Shown here: positions 54,800-64,000 of the stretch, in pieces
Layout of the letters: each line of letters begins with the position of its first letter
Numbering within the stretch: position 1 is the first letter of the stretch
From: a bacterium
Lineage (GTDB): Bacteria; UBA8248
NCBI GenBank assembly: GCA_965200245.1
Contig: CBDATS010000008.1
Span: forward strand, 128,001 to 192,000
Reading direction: 5' to 3'
Length of the DNA stretch: 64,000 bases
The notes under the pieces: model-generated
Database searches by the model: none
Told to the model about the DNA's origin: nothing
Seen by the model: only the letters and a program-made list of their open reading frames with translations
Made by a program: the position numbers and the translations under genes

Positions 54800-55693
54800 T
54801 CACCCACCACGCGCATCGTGGAGTGAAATTCCCTGATCGCCCTTGCCACGGAATTCGTTGTAGAGTTTCATCACGGCTTGCTCGACGCGGTCGGGTTTCA
54901 TCCACTCGGCATAGCCGCCCAGAGGTATCTCGCGGGCGGCGCATTTGGGCGGAATTCCCTTCATAAAGCGCTTTCGTGCTTCCCGGCGCACGAGCCTGAG
55001 ATAACCCAGGGTTTTCTTGAGCGCGCTCTTGTCGTCTGGAGGTCCGTGACCCGGAACGATGATCTCGGCAGGGAAGGTTTTGAGAATCTTCTCTGCTACC
55101 CGTATCCACCCGCCCACATGGGCGTCGAAGGTAGCAGGTGTCACATAGTGAAAACAGATGTCTCCCGTGAAGAGAACGCGCTCTTCAGGTAGATAGACGA
55201 TGGTGTCGCCTTTGGAATGCGCGTGGCCCAAATGGTGAAGTTCCGCGACACGCTTGCCTAGGCGGAGTGTCATGGACCCCTCGTAGGTGATGTCGGGAAA
55301 GCGTTGTCTGAGCCTTTTGAGTTCGCCTGCGTATTCGGGGTTCACGTTCCTGTAGTGTGCCAGGTCGAGACCTGTCTCGATCATCCGCTCACGCATGTAG
55401 CGGTGTGCGATGACGGGGATATCCCGTTCGAACCAGATGAGTCCTAGGGTGTGGTCCGCATGGTGGTGGGTACAGACGATCTTTCGCACCGGCTTTTTCG
55501 TCGCCTGACGGATGGATTTTTGAAAGGTCTGTGTCATTGGCCGCACATAGAGCGTGTCGACGACGAGCGCCTCATCGTCTCCCACGATGAGCCCCGCGTT
55601 CGAGACGTTCAGACCGCCTGCCTGGATGTAGGCGTATACGCCGCGCGCCACGCGTTGAAGGCCTGTCTTCCAACTGGTGGGTACATTTTGCAT
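54800..55693 (-). CDS. MBL-fold metallo-hydrolase (cyclase-like)
   Basis: SNAGLI, THHHADHTLG, AHSKGD, FTGD, VPGHG. Confidence 0.92.
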   Translation of the reverse strand: MQNVPTSWKTGLQRVARGVYAYIQAGGLNVSNAGLIVGDDEALVVDTLYVRPMTQTFQKSIRQATKKPVRKIVCTHHHADHTLGLIWFERDIPVIAHRYMRERMIETGLDLAHYRNVNPEYAGELKRLRQRFPDITYEGSMTLRLGKRVAELHHLGHAHSKGDTIVYLPEERVLFTGDICFHYVTPATFDAHVGGWIRVAEKILKTFPAEIIVPGHGPPDDKSALKKTLGYLRLVRREARKRFMKGIPPKCAAREIPLGGYAEWMKPDRVEQAVMKLYNEFRGKGDQGISLHDARGG

Positions 55694-55825
55694 CCCGGCA
55701 TCCTCCTCCGTCCTGTCGAGGTTCATCATTCTACATGATGGGGCGATTGACCACACACCCCCGAACGGGTGACATTGGCGCAGATACAAAGACCGGGTTT
55801 CAGCCGTTCATGCAAAGGGGAGTAT

Positions 55826-56236
55826 ATGCGCTTATCGTTCGATCACGTGCACATCATCTGCAGGGACTTGGAGAGTATGGTTGCCTATTTCGAAAACATA
55901 TTCGACGGCGAAGTCATTTACCGCGAAGAGAATTTCCACGGTGCACCCAACGCTGTTGTGCGGGTCGGGGAAGCCAGACTGTTTCTGAGAGGGGTGCGAC
56001 CCGGCGAGAGCATAGGGGAGAACCACGCGGACGCCGTGATGGGTCTGGATCACTTCTCTTTCGCCGTGGACGACATCCAACGCCTCGCCGCGCAGATGAA
56101 GCAGGCGGGTGCAGACTTTATCCGCGATCCATCGCCCTCGGGCATGGGCGGCAGAATGACGGCCTATATAAGAGGTCCCGAGGGAGTGCGAATCGAGCTT
56201 TCTGAGCGCGCGGGAGAAACTTACGGCGGCGGTTGA
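55826..56236 (+). CDS. VOC/glyoxalase family protein
   Basis: FDHVHI, GLDHFSFAVDD, GPEGVRIEL. Confidence 0.9.
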   Translation: MRLSFDHVHIICRDLESMVAYFENIFDGEVIYREENFHGAPNAVVRVGEARLFLRGVRPGESIGENHADAVMGLDHFSFAVDDIQRLAAQMKQAGADFIRDPSPSGMGGRMTAYIRGPEGVRIELSERAGETYGGG

Positions 56237-56261
56237 TGTACATCCTGAGTCAAACAAAAAT

Positions 56262-56290
56262 AAACCCCCGGGCGTAAAACCCGGGGAGTT
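56262..56290. terminator. Intrinsic terminator between the VOC gene and ino1
   Basis: AAACCCCCGGG-CGTAAAA-CCCGGGGAGTT, with an A-run on the left (U-tract on the minus strand). Confidence 0.7.
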
Positions 56291-56310
56291 GATTCTCCAA
56301 GATTCAGGAG

Positions 56311-57456
56311 TTATTTGTGGTCGTAGCGAGCAGGCAGGCCGTTTCCGTTGAACTCGACCTGCTCGCTCGCCCTCAGGTCGCCTGCGATGAACTCGTCGAT
56401 CATCATGCGTGAAACGGAATCGGGCACCTGGACGGGGGGGTGCTTCATCAGATATGCGCTCACCGGATAGAGCGGTCCCGCCTCACCTCTATCGCGCGCG
56501 ATGCGAGCCAGACGAATCGCATCAATGACGACACCGCCCGAGTTGGGAGAATCCTCCACTGATAGGCGCGCCTCGATCTCAAGTGGAACACCCCCGAAGC
56601 CCTCCGCCTCGATTCTCAGGAAGCAAACCTTGTTGTCGTCCTGCCAAGGCACGTAATCGGACGGGCCAATGTGGATGTCGTCTGCATCAAGAGGTTCTGG
56701 CAATTGGCTTTGTACGGCATTTGTTTTCGAGATTTTCTTCGATTTCAGGCGCGAACGCTCCAGCATGTTCAGGAAGTCCGTGTTTCCACCCGTATTCAAC
56801 TGATAGGTGCGCTTGAGCTTCACGCCCCTGTCCGCGCACAACCTGGCAAGCGTACGATGCAGGATTGTGGCGCCGAGTTGGGCCTTCACGTCGTCTCCCA
56901 CCACGGGAATACCCGCCGCGGTGAAACGCCCCGCCCATTCGGGGTCAGACACGATGAATACCGGCATGCAGTTAATAAAGGAAACACCTGCAGCAAGCGC
57001 TGCTTCCGCGTAGTGGCGCGCTGCCTGCTCCGAACCCACTGGCATGAAGTTCAATAAAATTTCTGCGCCGCTTTCGCGAAGTTCTGCAGCCACGTCGCAG
57101 GGTTCGGCCTCTGCAGGCAGAAAGGAACGGTCGGATGCGTATTCCGCCATGTGGGACGCCACGCCGTCGAGTATTGGTCCCATCCGCACGTTCACTCCGT
57201 AATCGGGCAAGTTCTCCCAGATGGTCTTCGTACAGTTAGGCTTGGCGAAGGCCGCGACGTGCAGTGGCTGCCCCACCTTCCGGACATCGATGTCGAAAGC
57301 CGCGACGACCTCGATGTCCTCCGGCCCGTAGCCTCCCAGATCCCGGTGCATAAGGCCTGATTCTTCCTCGGGATGATGGCGGTAATACTCGATGCCCTGG
57401 AGCAGGGAACTCGCGCAGTTCCCTACGCCGGCGATGGCGATGCGAATCGGCGACAT
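56311..57456 (-). CDS. ino1: Myo-inositol-1-phosphate synthase
   Basis: GVGNCASSL, VGDDVKAQLGAT, QLNTGGNTDFLNM, SKKISKT, EDSPNSGG. Confidence 0.95.
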   Translation of the reverse strand: MSPIRIAIAGVGNCASSLLQGIEYYRHHPEEESGLMHRDLGGYGPEDIEVVAAFDIDVRKVGQPLHVAAFAKPNCTKTIWENLPDYGVNVRMGPILDGVASHMAEYASDRSFLPAEAEPCDVAAELRESGAEILLNFMPVGSEQAARHYAEAALAAGVSFINCMPVFIVSDPEWAGRFTAAGIPVVGDDVKAQLGATILHRTLARLCADRGVKLKRTYQLNTGGNTDFLNMLERSRLKSKKISKTNAVQSQLPEPLDADDIHIGPSDYVPWQDDNKVCFLRIEAEGFGGVPLEIEARLSVEDSPNSGGVVIDAIRLARIARDRGEAGPLYPVSAYLMKHPPVQVPDSVSRMMIDEFIAGDLRASEQVEFNGNGLPARYDHK

Positions 57457-57674
57457 GTATGCGTTTCCTTTCTTGCCTTTGCAGTCGCTGCGGCCTGGTG
57501 AGGCGGAGCCGGGATCAAGTTTGCCGGCGGGAATCCCGCCGACGGCCGCGCGTATGCGAATTCGAAATCAGGTCAAGCGATGCGGACACCTGCGTCCACA
57601 GAAAGGCGACTATATCCCAAAATCTATATTTTCTCCAAGAGGAAAGCAGAAAATGATTTCGGGTGGTCTCGGGG

Positions 57675-58673
57675 CTAATACAGTAGACAGCGAACGAAGT
57701 GTCCGGGGGAAACCTCTTTGAGTTCGGGTTCGTGCTCCAGGCACATCGACTTCACCTCCGGGCACCTCGGGTTGAAGCTGCAGCCCGTCGGCAGGCGGTT
57801 CAGACTGGGCACGATGCCCTTGATCTCCTCCAGGCGAATCTTCTGGCCGGGCTTGGAAGTGTTGAGTTTCGGAATCGAGTTGAGAAGCCCTTGGGTGTAG
57901 GGGTGGAGCGGATTGCCGAAGATCTCCTCCGTCGGTGCTTCTTCCACCACTTTACCTGCGTACATGACGACGACACGCTTGCACGTTTCAGCCACGAGGC
58001 CAAGATCATGTGTGATGAGGATGACCGCTGTACCGAGTTCTTCCTGGAGCTTCACCATGAGGTCGAGAATCTGTGCCTGGATGGTCACGTCGAGCGCCGT
58101 TGTCGGCTCATCCGCCAGGAGGATTTTCGGGTTGCACGAGAGTGCCATGGCGATCATCGCACGCTGCCGCATACCGCCCGAAAGCTGGTGGGGGTATTCC
58201 CGCACCCGCTGGCGCGGCAAGGGGATGCCGACGAGGTCGAGCATCTCGGCGGCCTTGTCCATCGCGGCTTTTTTCGACAGCCCCTGGTGGAGCATGACGG
58301 CTTCGGCGATCTGGAAACCGACGGTGAACACGGGATTCAGGCTCGTCATCGGTTCCTGAAAGATCATAGAGATGTGGTTGCCCCGTATCTTGCGCAACTC
58401 CTTCGTGTCGAGCTTCGTCAGATCGCGGCCCTCGAAGATGATACCGTCGCCGAATATCTCGCCCGGCGGCTCAGGGACGAGGCGAAGCACCGAAAGTGCC
58501 GTCACGGTCTTACCGCACCCAGATTCCCCCACGACGCCGAGCGTCTCGCCTGCCTTGAGGCTGTAGCTCACGCCGTCGACGGCGCGCACCGTGCCCTCGG
58601 GGGTGTGGAAATAGGTGTGCAGGTCTCTCAGTTCCAGAATCGTGTCGGTGCCGACGGCTGCGCCATTGGCCAT
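57675..58673 (-). CDS. Oligopeptide/dipeptide ABC transporter ATP-binding protein (OppD/DppD-like)
   Basis: [29 protein letters not shown]-terminal Cys motif. Confidence 0.93.
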   Translation of the reverse strand: MANGAAVGTDTILELRDLHTYFHTPEGTVRAVDGVSYSLKAGETLGVVGESGCGKTVTALSVLRLVPEPPGEIFGDGIIFEGRDLTKLDTKELRKIRGNHISMIFQEPMTSLNPVFTVGFQIAEAVMLHQGLSKKAAMDKAAEMLDLVGIPLPRQRVREYPHQLSGGMRQRAMIAMALSCNPKILLADEPTTALDVTIQAQILDLMVKLQEELGTAVILITHDLGLVAETCKRVVVMYAGKVVEEAPTEEIFGNPLHPYTQGLLNSIPKLNTSKPGQKIRLEEIKGIVPSLNRLPTGCSFNPRCPEVKSMCLEHEPELKEVSPGHFVRCLLY

Positions 58674-58780
58674 GGGTAACCTCCGGGTTTCAGGCTAGGC
58701 CTCGAAAGCAGAAAAAAAGATAGGCGATTATAAGGACAGGGAATTTCAATTGTCCAGTCGAATGTGCAAATCCTTGAAAA

Positions 58781-59422
58781 TCAACTGCCAGAAAGCGTTT
58801 CGCGACCATGTGGACAGCCTGTCAGGATCGGGCAATCGGCGCATAGCGGCTTTCTCGCTGAACAGCAGTTTCTGCCATGATGGATCAGGAGCAAAGTAAC
58901 GCGGCCCCACCATTTCTTCGGCACGGCGTCCAGAAGCTGAAACTCCGCCTTCACCGGATCGCGCGTCGATATCCAGCCCAGCCGATTTGCGGTGCGCAGG
59001 ACATGCGTATCCACAGCGATGGCCGGTTGGCCGTATGCCTCGTTCAAGACGACGTTCGCTGTTTTTCGCCCCACGCCGGGCAGCATTACCAGATGCTCCA
59101 TCTCGGCCGGCACCTCACCGCCGTATTCATTCACGAGACGGCGACAGCAAGCGCGGATGGACTTGGCCTTCTGACGGTAGAAGCCGCACGAATGGATGAG
59201 TTTTTCAAGTTCCGCGGGTACAGCCTCGGCATACGAGGCGGCATCCGGATAGCGGGCGAAAAGAGCGGGGGTGACCATGTTTACTCGCTCGTCAGTACAT
59301 TGGGCGGAGAGCATCGTCGCCACAAGGAGTTCGAGCGGGTTTCGATAGTTGAGCGCGCAGCGCGCGTCTGGGTAAGTCTGCTCCAGTGTGCGAAGAAGAC
59401 GCGCGGTCGTAAATATGGACAT
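58781..59422 (-). CDS. nth: Endonuclease III
   Basis: LSAQCTD, LPGVGRKTANVV, AVDTHV, C-x6-C-x2-C-x5-C. Confidence 0.95.
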   Translation of the reverse strand: MSIFTTARLLRTLEQTYPDARCALNYRNPLELLVATMLSAQCTDERVNMVTPALFARYPDAASYAEAVPAELEKLIHSCGFYRQKAKSIRACCRRLVNEYGGEVPAEMEHLVMLPGVGRKTANVVLNEAYGQPAIAVDTHVLRTANRLGWISTRDPVKAEFQLLDAVPKKWWGRVTLLLIHHGRNCCSARKPLCADCPILTGCPHGRETLSGS

Positions 59423-59563
59423 GGGGCTTCCTTTTCCTGGACGTATAAGTCGTATCGCCCACCCCGCCCTCCGAGGTGTTCTTTTCAAAGGCGGAGATTC
59501 AGATTAGAATAACCAATCGTGTTTATATCGTCTAACTGTATCGAGACAAAGGAGAACGAACCG

Positions 59564-59842
59564 ATGGCCGACCCCAAAATGGCCCAGAAAGCCCCTTATG
59601 CCTATACACCTGAAAAAGACGAGAAAGTCGCATGGTGCGCTTGCGGCTTGAGCGAATCGCAGCCTTTTTGCGATGGCTCCCATAGAGGTTCGGAGTTCCG
59701 CCCCATCGTTCTCGACGTGCAGGCGGGCAAGACCTGCTTTTTTTGCGGCTGCAAGCAGACGGGCAAGGCGCCCATGTGCGACGGTACACACTCCATGCTT
59801 TGGGGTGAGGCGTCGGAATCTTTGCTGAACATGCGCGTGTAG
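59564..59842 (+). CDS. CDGSH iron-sulfur domain protein (two domains)
   Basis: WCACGLSESQPFCDGSH and FCGCKQTGKAPMCDGTH. Confidence 0.92.
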   Translation: MADPKMAQKAPYAYTPEKDEKVAWCACGLSESQPFCDGSHRGSEFRPIVLDVQAGKTCFFCGCKQTGKAPMCDGTHSMLWGEASESLLNMRV

Positions 59843-59905
59843 CTCAGAGGATAGAGCGCCTGCCTCCGGAGCAGGAAGTCGCAGGTTCGACTCCTGCCAC
59901 GCGCA
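59833..59905 (+). tRNA. tRNA-Arg (anticodon CCG); CCA not encoded
   Basis: Acceptor GCGCGTG/CACGCGC, TAGCTCAG D arm, anticodon arm CCTGC-CTCCGGA-GCAGG, T arm GCAGG-TTCGACT-CCTGC. Confidence 0.95.
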
Positions 59906-59971
59906 CTACCCTACCCTCTTGCCTATTCTCATCCTTTCTCATGGATTGTCTTTGTAAAAGCTAATTACAGC

Positions 59972-60136
59972 ATGGGATACAAGACACTTGGCAAGGCCTA
60001 TCGCGAGGGAATCACAATGATGGAGTTGGCGGACATGTTCCTGAATGAAGAAAAGATTCCCGAGCAGACCACACTGTTCTGGCCTGTTCTCGGGAGCCTT
60101 GATTCAAACCCTTGGAGAGAATCAAATTGTAGCTAA
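59972..60136 (+). mobile_element. Truncated IS1595-like transposase N-terminal stub
   Basis: 54-codon ORF MGYKTLGKAYREGITMMELADMFLNEE..., recalled as similar to IS1595-family N-termini; directly behind the tRNA. Confidence 0.45.
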
Positions 60137-60183
60137 TCAATGCCTGCATACAACCCACAATCGGGCGAGTGTCACTGGCTTCT

Positions 60184-60603
60184 TCATCTCTCCAACAGGT
60201 TTTTCAGGTTCGCCAATTCCCGGATGTTTTCTTCCGTTCCGGCCCGGTGAAGGGTTTGGTCTTCATAGGCGTCGTTGTCCACGGTGTGTAGAACGTGAGT
60301 GACGTCGCCCTCTTGTTCGAAGCGGTAGGTGATGATTTGGGCAGGTTTGCTGCTTCCGCCGACGAAGTTCCGCCAGACGATTCTCGAATAGGGTTCCCAG
60401 ATGGTGATCACCGAACTGCACTCGGGCCTATCGTGAAAGGTCTGGTGGAAGCAGGTTCCCTCGCCTTGATGGCCTTCGGGAGAGGTGATTCGCACTTCTT
60501 TGGAGAATGGCGCGATCTGCGGGTGCGTCTCCACATTCCCGACGAACTCGAAGACTTTTTCGACAGAAGCACGGACCTGCTCAAGGACGACGACAGGTGG
60601 CAT
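60184..60603 (-). CDS. SRPBCC (START-like) family protein
   Basis: VRASVEKVFEFV, GEGTCF, WEPYSRIVW, ELANLKNLLE. Confidence 0.8.
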   Translation of the reverse strand: MPPVVVLEQVRASVEKVFEFVGNVETHPQIAPFSKEVRITSPEGHQGEGTCFHQTFHDRPECSSVITIWEPYSRIVWRNFVGGSSKPAQIITYRFEQEGDVTHVLHTVDNDAYEDQTLHRAGTEENIRELANLKNLLER

Positions 60604-60671
60604 TGATTTATCCCTCTGGGTGGTGAGAGGTGGCCCGTGTTTTTCGACCCGCAAACGCGTTGGTGCGTCGT

Positions 60672-61580
60672 TTAATTTGGCATGACGGTTTCCTGCCCCA
60701 TCCGGCTCGTAGGTCGCCAGCGCAAGGCACGTCCTTCAGCCCAATTCAACACCTGGTTCACCAGAATAACCAGGAACATGAGGAGGAAAATAATCAATAT
60801 CAAGCCCGTAGTGTAATACTCGTTGTTGTAGCGTTGGAGCAGGTACCCAAGTCCCTTGTCAGCGATGATGTATTCGCCGACAATCGCGCCCACCATGCCG
60901 AACGGGATACTGATCTTCAGGCCGTTGAAAATCCATGGAGAGGCAGAGGGAATCACGATCTTGCGCAGAATGGCGAGCTTCCCGCCACCCAGAACGCGTG
61001 ACACGTTGATCAGATCCCGGCTCACTCCACGGATTCCCGAAAATGTGCTCACGAAAGTCAGGAAGAACACGATAGTCATCACCAGAATGATCTTCGGTTG
61101 ACGCTCGATCCCAAACCATGCAATGAACAAAGGCGCATACGCAATACGAGGAACCCCGTTGAAAGCCATGATAAACGGCTCGATAACCAAGGCCACGACC
61201 TCGATTTCAGCCAGCAGGAAACCGAAGAGTATCCCGGCCAGAGCACCGAGGATATAGCCCCAGAAGGTATTTTCCACTGTGTAGAAGAAGTGATCCCACA
61301 AGGAGCCATCCGGATTGGCCGGGTCTGCAATCTCGAAAAAAGACGTCACAAGCAGGCTTGGGCTACTGATGGTTCGGTGGTCGACCAAGCGCCCCGAAAC
61401 GAGTTCCCACAGCACGATCATGACCACGCCGAACAGGACGCGGAGAGCCGCCACGCGCACCCACCGTAACTCCTCTGCGTTGCGCAGCCGCCACCACAGC
61501 AGGCGTAGTCCCTTGACTTCTGGAGGGAGGAGGAGATCCTCAGGGGGGGTAGATTTCAATTCGTCCGATTGGGTCATCAC
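60672..61580 (-). CDS. ABC transporter permease (NitT/TauT family)
   Basis: [34 protein letters not shown]. Confidence 0.92.
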   Translation of the reverse strand: MMTQSDELKSTPPEDLLLPPEVKGLRLLWWRLRNAEELRWVRVAALRVLFGVVMIVLWELVSGRLVDHRTISSPSLLVTSFFEIADPANPDGSLWDHFFYTVENTFWGYILGALAGILFGFLLAEIEVVALVIEPFIMAFNGVPRIAYAPLFIAWFGIERQPKIILVMTIVFFLTFVSTFSGIRGVSRDLINVSRVLGGGKLAILRKIVIPSASPWIFNGLKISIPFGMVGAIVGEYIIADKGLGYLLQRYNNEYYTTGLILIIFLLMFLVILVNQVLNWAEGRALRWRPTSRMGQETVMPN

Positions 61581-62392
61581 ATTACCTTCGCTACTTCGTC
61601 CCGGAGTTCTTTCCAGAGCTTGTCGTAGATCTCGCGATAGTCGTGGGAATCATGGATGTGGTAGACGTCTCGCGGCCGGGGGATCGTCACGGATGTGACG
61701 CTTTTGATAGTTCCGGGTCGACCCGTCATCACGACCACACGGTCGGCCAGCGCAATTGCTTCGGTTAGGTCGTGCGTGATGAAAACAATGGTCTTGCGCT
61801 CCTCCCGCCAAAGCTGTAGGAGTTGGTTCTGCAGCGTCAGACGGGTTTGGGCGTCAAGGGGGCCGAAGGGTTCGTCCATCAGTATGACGCCGGGGTTGCA
61901 TACCAAGGTCCGGATGATGTTCACGCGTTGACGCATACCCCCCGACAACTCGTGTGGGTAGTGATTTTCAAAGCCCGAGAGGCCCACCTTGTCAATCAGG
62001 AACTGCACCCGATCGGCAACGCCGTTAGAGAAGGACTTTCCGCGAAACTCCAGGGGAAGCAGCACGTTTTTGCGCAGAGTTCGCCAGGGAAGCAGGTTGT
62101 CCTGCTGGGTCACGTACCCGATTTCAGGGTTCAGTCCGAGATTGAGCTTTCCCCGGAAAAACACCGCCCCGCTGCTGGGGGGGTAGAGCCCAGCCAAGAT
62201 ATTCAAGAGGGTACTCTTGCCACACCCGCTCGGTCCCACGATGGTTACGAACTCCCCCTCGTCCACGTCGAGGTTGACCTCGGACATCGCGTGGACGAGA
62301 GTCCCCCGCGAGAAGAACCGCTTACCAACTTGCTGGATGGACAAAAACGGCGTCAACGAATCGTGCTCCCGAATCTCCTCCGGCCGGGCCAC
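61577..62392 (-). CDS. ABC transporter ATP-binding protein (NitT/TauT family)
   Basis: [34 protein letters not shown]. Confidence 0.94.
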   Translation of the reverse strand: MARPEEIREHDSLTPFLSIQQVGKRFFSRGTLVHAMSEVNLDVDEGEFVTIVGPSGCGKSTLLNILAGLYPPSSGAVFFRGKLNLGLNPEIGYVTQQDNLLPWRTLRKNVLLPLEFRGKSFSNGVADRVQFLIDKVGLSGFENHYPHELSGGMRQRVNIIRTLVCNPGVILMDEPFGPLDAQTRLTLQNQLLQLWREERKTIVFITHDLTEAIALADRVVVMTGRPGTIKSVTSVTIPRPRDVYHIHDSHDYREIYDKLWKELRDEVAKVM

Positions 62393-62443
62393 GCACGGCC
62401 GGGCCGGAGAGAGAGGCTGCTTTCTATCCGCAGAAAAGTTCGC

Positions 62444-63466
62444 TTACTTGAGAAATTCGTCCGTCCATACGTCACTGCGCTTGACGCTTTTCAGGTTCTT
62501 GAGTTTGCCGCCGCTCTTCATAATATTGAAAGTGGTTTGGACGGCTTCGTCGGTCATCTTGCCAGACGGGTTAACCGCGCCCTTCACCGTGGCAACAGAG
62601 ATGCGCAGGGCCTCCGGGGTAACGCGCGTGCCGAAGAAGGGCGTCATGTCTTTGGTGAGTTGGTCGACGGAGGTCTTCTGGATGTAACGCTGGGACTTCA
62701 TGACCGCCCGGGCCATCCGCTTTACGAGGGCGGGGCGTTCCTTCATGAGCTTGGGCGTGGTCATGACGGCTGTCATCATGAACTCTTTAATGGCCTTGTC
62801 CTCGCCAGCCGCCCAGTTCACAAACCACATGCCGAGCCCTTCAGAGAGCATGCGTTCGGGATGCGGAGTGGAGATAGTGAAGATGTCGATTTTACGGTTC
62901 TTGAAAGCCGGTAACATGGTGCCGCCGCCACCAACGGCGAGGATTCGCACGTCTTGGGGAACCTTCAGCCCGGCGCGCCCTAGCAGGTTACGCGCGAGTA
63001 CATCGGTCAGGGCACCCGGCCGCGTCACGCCGACCTTCAGGCCCTTGGCGCGGCGGACTTTCTCCATGAGAGGCATGCCGGGCTTAATGCCTACTTTCTT
63101 GGCCGCTTCCTTGTGAATCACCATCCCAATGATGTTGCGCCGCAAAAGGTCCACGAAGCCGATAGCCCTCTTGCCCGAGTTGAGCGCGTTGAGTTGGTAG
63201 GTGCCCGGGCTGGCGGTGAACTCAGCCTTCCCCGCCAAGACGGCCGTTAGGTGCGGTCCGCCGCCTGCTGTGGCTTTTACGTCGAGGGTGAGTCCCTCTT
63301 CCTTGAAGAATCCCTTGATGCGACCCACGTAAATCGGGAAGAAACTGAGGCTGTCAACGGGCTGGGTGAGAATGACTTTTTCGGCGGCGGGAGAAGTGCC
63401 AGTGAGCATGAGGGAAAGTAGTAGCGCGCCGAATAGTGGGAGTATCCGCATCCATTTTCTACACAT
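62444..63466 (-). CDS. ABC transporter substrate-binding protein (NMT1/SsuA-like)
   Basis: AAGGAG RBS, signal peptide, KGFFKEEGL, KVGVTRPGALT; operonic with ATPase and permease. Confidence 0.9.
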   Translation of the reverse strand: MCRKWMRILPLFGALLLSLMLTGTSPAAEKVILTQPVDSLSFFPIYVGRIKGFFKEEGLTLDVKATAGGGPHLTAVLAGKAEFTASPGTYQLNALNSGKRAIGFVDLLRRNIIGMVIHKEAAKKVGIKPGMPLMEKVRRAKGLKVGVTRPGALTDVLARNLLGRAGLKVPQDVRILAVGGGGTMLPAFKNRKIDIFTISTPHPERMLSEGLGMWFVNWAAGEDKAIKEFMMTAVMTTPKLMKERPALVKRMARAVMKSQRYIQKTSVDQLTKDMTPFFGTRVTPEALRISVATVKGAVNPSGKMTDEAVQTTFNIMKSGGKLKNLKSVKRSDVWTDEFLK

Positions 63467-64000
63467 GATAGAACTCCTTTTGCCAAAGTAGGATATCAAG
63501 TTCAGGAACATTTGTTTTTCCCAGAAAATAGGATGGCCATACCAGATTTGTCAAGTGCCCGAAGCATGACCGATACCTGACCACAGATAGCAGATGAAGG
63601 GGTTCTCCAAGAGATTTTCAAGTTGCCGTTACAACACGACAAGAACAGTGGTGCAGATGTTGCTGGTTTTCTGGACAGAATCATTATCGGTCCGACCCAG
63701 AATTCGCAGGTGAGCAGGCGCGCTTTCGCGGAACTCTTGAAAGAGGCTGGTATCGACAGCCCCTGTAGCTAGGTCGTTGTCTCGGATATTCCGCTTCGCA
63801 CTGCTTGATGAGAGTTTGGCCCGAGACGTCCGAGATCCAATACCTGTTGGACACGAACATCGCGTCGCATCCGCTTCGCTCGTCAGGCAACTGATTGGCG
63901 CATCGAACTCCAAGCCTGCGACCACACGAAAGAAAAGTCAGAAAATTTTGTGCGCGAAGGGCATCTCTGCCGAGCGTGAAATTTCCCCTCTACCCCCGGT

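Noticed and set aside
63629-63925. Fragment resembling a PhnD-like binding protein (GAVDTSLF...LRILGRT)
   Set aside because: Similarity is weak and frames are broken; cannot be supported without a search.

Overview
This is a gene-dense bacterial chromosomal segment, moderately GC-rich by eye. It comes from a diderm, LPS-making organism (kdsB-pyrG-kdsA, a GT9 heptosyltransferase-like gene). Housekeeping genes include guaB-guaA, mutL, tyrS, coaD, an aspartate aminotransferase, moaB, thrC, a metB-like gene, a rhodanese-MoeB fusion, ino1, nth and tRNA-Arg(CCG). These are interleaved with many catabolic or redox genes of unknown substrate and with MFS and ABC transporters. I saw no CRISPR array, rRNA or intact transposase. 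Most notable are five things. (i) A MoxR-type AAA+ ATPase lies next to a large uncharacterised partner gene that is split exactly at an A-AAA-AAC slippery heptamer, in a six-gene unit with no VWA gene. (ii) A bactofilin domain is fused to a membrane-anchored TPR array. (iii) A chimeric pseudogene joins a GT4 start to a WcaJ-type sugar-transferase end, which looks like the scar of a deleted polysaccharide locus. (iv) Several other decayed genes are present (an outer-membrane beta-barrel, DUF4268 with TGA at a Trp position, and an IS1595-like stub behind the tRNA). (v) An IscR/Rrf2-type operator overlaps the moeB promoter. All family assignments come from motif recognition by eye; no database search was run.
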